In this document: positions 25,547 to 29,284 of the stretch, piece after piece | Layout of the letters: every line of letters begins with the position of its first letter | Numbering within the stretch: the first letter of the stretch is position 1 | Origin: Candidatus Hydrogenedentota bacterium | GTDB lineage: Bacteria; Hydrogenedentota; Hydrogenedentia; Hydrogenedentales; SLHB01 | Length of the DNA stretch: 29,284 bases | Assembly (NCBI GenBank): GCA_029974275.1 | Contig: JARKSN010000267.1 | Coordinates: 1-29,284, forward strand | Reading direction: 5' to 3' | Notes under the pieces: model-generated | Told to the model about the DNA's origin: nothing | What the model saw: only the letters and a program-made list of their open reading frames with translations | Databases searched by the model: none | Position numbers and translations under genes: made by a program

Positions 25547-27829
25547 ATGAACCTGCGTGAAGATGCGTTGAACTACCACAGCCGGGGACGCCGCGGCAAG
25601 ATCGAGGTCGTCCCTACAAAACCCTGCCAAACACAGCGCGATCTGTCGTTGGCCTACACCCCGGGCGTCGCGGAGCCATGCCTCGCCATCGAAAAGGACC
25701 CGGAGCTCGCGTTTGAATACACCGCACGCGCCAACCTCGTCGCGGTGGTCAGCAACGGCACCGCCGTCCTGGGGCTCGGCGACATCGGCGCGCTGGCGGG
25801 CAAGCCGGTCATGGAAGGGAAAGGCGTCTTGTTCAAGCGCTTCGCCGACATCGACGTGTTCGATATCGAGTTGGACAGCAAGGATCCGGAGGCCATCATC
25901 CAGGCGGTCAAAATGATGGAACCCACGTTTGGCGGCATCAACCTCGAAGACATCGCCGCGCCGGACTGTTTCGTGATCGAAGACCGACTGAAAGCGGAGA
26001 TGGGCATCCCCGTGTTTCACGACGATCAGCACGGGACCGCGATCATTTCGGGCGCGGGCTTGTTGAATGCGCTCGAGATCGTGGGCAAGCGCATCGAAGA
26101 CGTGAAGGTCGTGTTCAACGGCGCGGGCGCCGCGGGCATCGCGTGCGCGCGGTATTACCAACTGCTCGGCGTGCGGCCCGAAAACTTGTTGCTCTGCGAT
26201 AGCGCGGGCGTCATTTACAAGGGGCGCACCCAAAAGATGAATCCGTACAAGGAGGCCTTCGCGGTGGAGACCGACGCGCGCACGTTGGCGGACGCGATGC
26301 GCGGCGCCGACGTTTTCGCGGGGCTTTCCGTGGCCGATTGCGTGACGGCGGAGATGCTGCGGTCGATGGCGGACCGGCCCATCGTGTTCGCGATGGCCAA
26401 TCCCAACCCTGAAGTGACGTACGATGCCGCGAAGGCCGCCCGGCCCGACGTGCTCATGGCCACGGGGCGTAGCGACTATCCCAATCAGATCAACAATGTG
26501 CTGGGGTTCCCGTTCATTTTCCGGGGCGCGCTCGACGTGCGGGCCACCGCCATCAACGACGCGATGAAGATCGCCGCCACCCGCGCCCTTGCCGATCTGG
26601 CCAAAGAGCCGGTTCCCTACCAAGTGATGCAGGCGTATCGGGTCGATCATCTCCAATTCGGACCGGAGTACATCATCCCCAAGCCTTTCGATCCGCGCGT
26701 GCTGATCTGGGTCTCCTCCGCCGTGGCGCAGGCGGCCATGGAGACAGGCGTGGCCAAGCTTTCGGTGGACATCGGCGAATACCGCGATCGCCTCGAAGCG
26801 CGGCTGGGGCATGCGCGCAAGATCATGCGCGTCATGATCAACAAAGCGCGCCGCGCGCCCAAACGCGTGGTTTTTCCGGAGGGCGACCACGCCCCCATCC
26901 TGAAGGCCTGCGAGATCATCCTGGATGAGGGCATCGCCCAGCCAATCCTGTTGGGCCCGCGGGCGAAAATCCAGTCCTTGACCGAAGAACTCGGCCTGGA
27001 TCTCAAAGGCATCGAAATCATCGATCCCCGCGAAACCGATCGGCATGACGCTTACGAGGACGAGTTCTACCGGCTGCGCCAGCGCAAGGGCGTGACGCGC
27101 CAGGACGCACATGAATTGATGATCTTGCGCAACTATTTCGGCTCGATGATGGTGCGCCTGGGAGACGCCGATGGCCTGGTGTCGGGCCTCACTTCCAATT
27201 ACCCGGACACCCTGCGCCCGGCGCTGCAGATCATCGGACCCCGGCCCGACGTCCAAAAGGTCGCGGGCATGTACCTCGCCGTGCGCAAGGAAAACGTCTT
27301 CTTTCTCGCCGACGCCACCGTCAACATCGATCCTTCCGCGGAGGAACTGGCCGAGATCGCCATCTTGTGCGCCCGCGCGGCCCAACGCTTCGACATCCCC
27401 CCGCGCATCGCCATGATCTCTTTTTCCAACTTTGGAGGATCGCGCGACCCGCGCGCCGAGAAGATGCGTCGCGCCGCCGACATCGTGCGTCTGCGACATC
27501 CCGACATCGTCGTCGACGGCGAGATGATGGCCGACACCGCCATCGACCCCGAAATACTGGCCCATCATTTCCCCTTCAGCGCCCTGCAGGGAGGCGCCAA
27601 CATCTTGGTCTTCCCTTCGCTCGAAGCCAGCACCGTGGCGCACCGGCTGCTGCACCGCATGGAAGGAACGGAAACCATTGGGCCGATCCTGCTCGGCATG
27701 AACAAACCCGTGCACCTCCTGCAGGCCGGCGCCTTCAACGAAGTGGACGTCGTCAACATGGCGACCTTGGCGGTTGTGGACGCGCAAGAAGATTTCTCCA
27801 TCTGCCAGGCGGCGCGCAAGACCTGCTAA
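25547..27829 (+). CDS. maeB: NADP-dependent malic enzyme with C-terminal phosphotransacetylase-like domain
   Basis: [60 protein letters not shown], then KRVVFPEG...DGEMMAD; 760 aa. Confidence 0.97.
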   Translation: MNLREDALNYHSRGRRGKIEVVPTKPCQTQRDLSLAYTPGVAEPCLAIEKDPELAFEYTARANLVAVVSNGTAVLGLGDIGALAGKPVMEGKGVLFKRFADIDVFDIELDSKDPEAIIQAVKMMEPTFGGINLEDIAAPDCFVIEDRLKAEMGIPVFHDDQHGTAIISGAGLLNALEIVGKRIEDVKVVFNGAGAAGIACARYYQLLGVRPENLLLCDSAGVIYKGRTQKMNPYKEAFAVETDARTLADAMRGADVFAGLSVADCVTAEMLRSMADRPIVFAMANPNPEVTYDAAKAARPDVLMATGRSDYPNQINNVLGFPFIFRGALDVRATAINDAMKIAATRALADLAKEPVPYQVMQAYRVDHLQFGPEYIIPKPFDPRVLIWVSSAVAQAAMETGVAKLSVDIGEYRDRLEARLGHARKIMRVMINKARRAPKRVVFPEGDHAPILKACEIILDEGIAQPILLGPRAKIQSLTEELGLDLKGIEIIDPRETDRHDAYEDEFYRLRQRKGVTRQDAHELMILRNYFGSMMVRLGDADGLVSGLTSNYPDTLRPALQIIGPRPDVQKVAGMYLAVRKENVFFLADATVNIDPSAEELAEIAILCARAAQRFDIPPRIAMISFSNFGGSRDPRAEKMRRAADIVRLRHPDIVVDGEMMADTAIDPEILAHHFPFSALQGGANILVFPSLEASTVAHRLLHRMEGTETIGPILLGMNKPVHLLQAGAFNEVDVVNMATLAVVDAQEDFSICQAARKTC

Positions 27830-27967
27830 CAACTCCGCCAAACGGCATCTCCGCTGCTCCCGCGCGCGATTTTCCGCACGCGGGAGCAGCTTCTTTACCG
27901 CCCAGAATGCCGGCGCCTTCCCGTATGTGTCTTGCGCCCTCGTATCGCGGCGACCCAAAAACGAGGC

Positions 27968-27997
27968 TTGCGCATTTTGCACAGATCGCGGTATAGT
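27968..27997 (+). promoter_or_regulatory. Putative sigma70 promoter for the USP gene
   Basis: TTGCGC (27968-27973), 18-nt spacer, TATAGT (27992-27997). Confidence 0.5.
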
Positions 27998-28131
27998 GAT
28001 AGTGGATGTGGTGAAATAGTCCGCATGACGCATAGCGCCTACGCCGTTGCAACCATGCGGAAAGAGCCGAGGCATGTTCCGAGGCCCCGAAAAGGGGGCC
28101 GTCCCCCTACGGGCGTGAAAGGAGGCGCGGT

Positions 28132-29112
28132 ATGTTCACCCAGGGCGATATTCTTCTTCCCACCGATTTCTCGCGGTATGCCCAATATGCATTGCGCTAC
28201 GCCATCGCCTTGGCGCGAAAATACGCTGGCCGCATCCATCTCGTCCATGTCATCGATGCAAGCTTGGTGGCTGCGGGAACGGCGCGCGGTTCGGGCCTTT
28301 CCATGGCGGAATTGCAGACGCTGTTGTACGCCATGCGCGATCAGGCCGAAAACCGGCTCGCGCATCTGGTTCGCATCGCGAACGATTCCGGCATCGAGGC
28401 CGAAATGCACATCGCCGAAGGCCGTCCTGCCGACGAGATCGTACAACTCGCCAAGTCGCTCAACTGCGACTTGACGGTGATCTCCACGTACGGACGGACC
28501 GGCCTGGACCGCATGGTGTGCGGCAGTTGCTGCGAGAAGGTGGTGCGCCGTTCGCCGGTTCCCGTCCTGTGCATTAAACATCCCGAACATGATTTTGTGA
28601 CGGATCCCGAAGGCGAGATTTGCCTGCGCCGTATCTTGTTCCCAACCGATTTCTCGGATTTTGCAGCCCGGGCGCTGCCGTATGCCGAGTCGCTTTGCCG
28701 CGAATTCAACGCCTCCCTCGCGCTGGTCCACGTGTCCGAAATCCCGGTCGTTCTGCCGGAATTCATGCCCGATGCAACCGGAGCTTTCTCTTCGTCCGAA
28801 GAAACCTACGCGCGGGACATGCTCGAGCAATGCGCCGCCTCCATACCCGATATCCACGTCACGACACATGTCAAAATCGGCCTCCCCTACCGCGAAATCG
28901 TGGAAATGGCCGCCCAAGAGGCCGCCGATCTCATCGTAGTCCCCACGCATGGACACTCGGGCTTTGCCCATCTCCTTTTTGGCGGCGTCGCCGAAAAAAT
29001 CGTGCGGCTGGCCCAATGCCCCGTGCTCACGATTCGACCGGGAGGCGCTCCCGCCGAGGAATCGCTTCGCCCGGCTATCCAGAGCGAAGAAGCCTTGGAC
29101 GCCGTGCGTTGA
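28132..29112 (+). CDS. Universal stress protein with two tandem USP domains
   Basis: Two repeats of IL(L/F)PTDFS...LVHV...DL.V..T.G..G......G...EK.VR....PVL; SD AAGGAGG. Confidence 0.95.
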   Translation: MFTQGDILLPTDFSRYAQYALRYAIALARKYAGRIHLVHVIDASLVAAGTARGSGLSMAELQTLLYAMRDQAENRLAHLVRIANDSGIEAEMHIAEGRPADEIVQLAKSLNCDLTVISTYGRTGLDRMVCGSCCEKVVRRSPVPVLCIKHPEHDFVTDPEGEICLRRILFPTDFSDFAARALPYAESLCREFNASLALVHVSEIPVVLPEFMPDATGAFSSSEETYARDMLEQCAASIPDIHVTTHVKIGLPYREIVEMAAQEAADLIVVPTHGHSGFAHLLFGGVAEKIVRLAQCPVLTIRPGGAPAEESLRPAIQSEEALDAVR

Positions 29113-29284
29113 CCCTTGTCCGCCAGGCAAACGCCGCCTAACCGCAGGGCTATCGCATTAAAATCTGAGTTCCGGGCAGACCTTGGCTCGTTTGTGATTT
29201 GCTTCCCCTTTTCGTTTGGTCGTTGGCGCCCCGCCCCACATACCCCATAAAGAAGAAGGGAGATTCGTGTGTTTTTCAGTAGTT

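Noticed and set aside
24506..28075. 1189-aa minus-strand ORF opposite the oxidoreductase and maeB
   Set aside because: Antisense shadow spanning two real genes that happen to share a frame; composition is not protein-like.

Overview
GC-rich bacterial chromosome segment, mostly housekeeping; the lineage cannot be assigned from the sequence alone. Left, minus strand: rpoB-rpoC-rpsL-rpsG-fusA (fusA runs off the window edge). rpoB is not preceded by the usual rplKAJL. It has its own near-consensus sigma70 promoter and a ~320-nt structured leader, with an ADP-ribosylglycohydrolase-family gene upstream. Middle: a membrane-anchored GH3(NagZ-like)-3xLysM protein and a GNAT on the plus strand, converging on rpmH-rnpA-yidD-yidC-jag-mnmE, which here has no adjacent dnaA. 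Right, plus strand: a frameshifted secreted glycoside-hydrolase-like gene, an AspT/YidE transporter, a TIGR01777-type oxidoreductase, maeB and a tandem-domain universal stress protein. I saw no tRNA, rRNA, CRISPR array or mobile element, and no clearly new multi-gene system. The best leads are small-scale: (i) a candidate attenuator RNA in the rpoB leader with two hairpins sharing the motif GUAUGGGU; (ii) substitutions at normally invariant RpoB positions (Q513H in the rifampicin pocket, GEME->GDME); (iii) an S12 with a 16-aa insertion; (iv) a long hairpin abutting the fusA RBS; (v) a probably catalytically degenerate NagZ-LysM protein; (vi) a -1 frameshift that coincides with an in-phase slippery heptamer.
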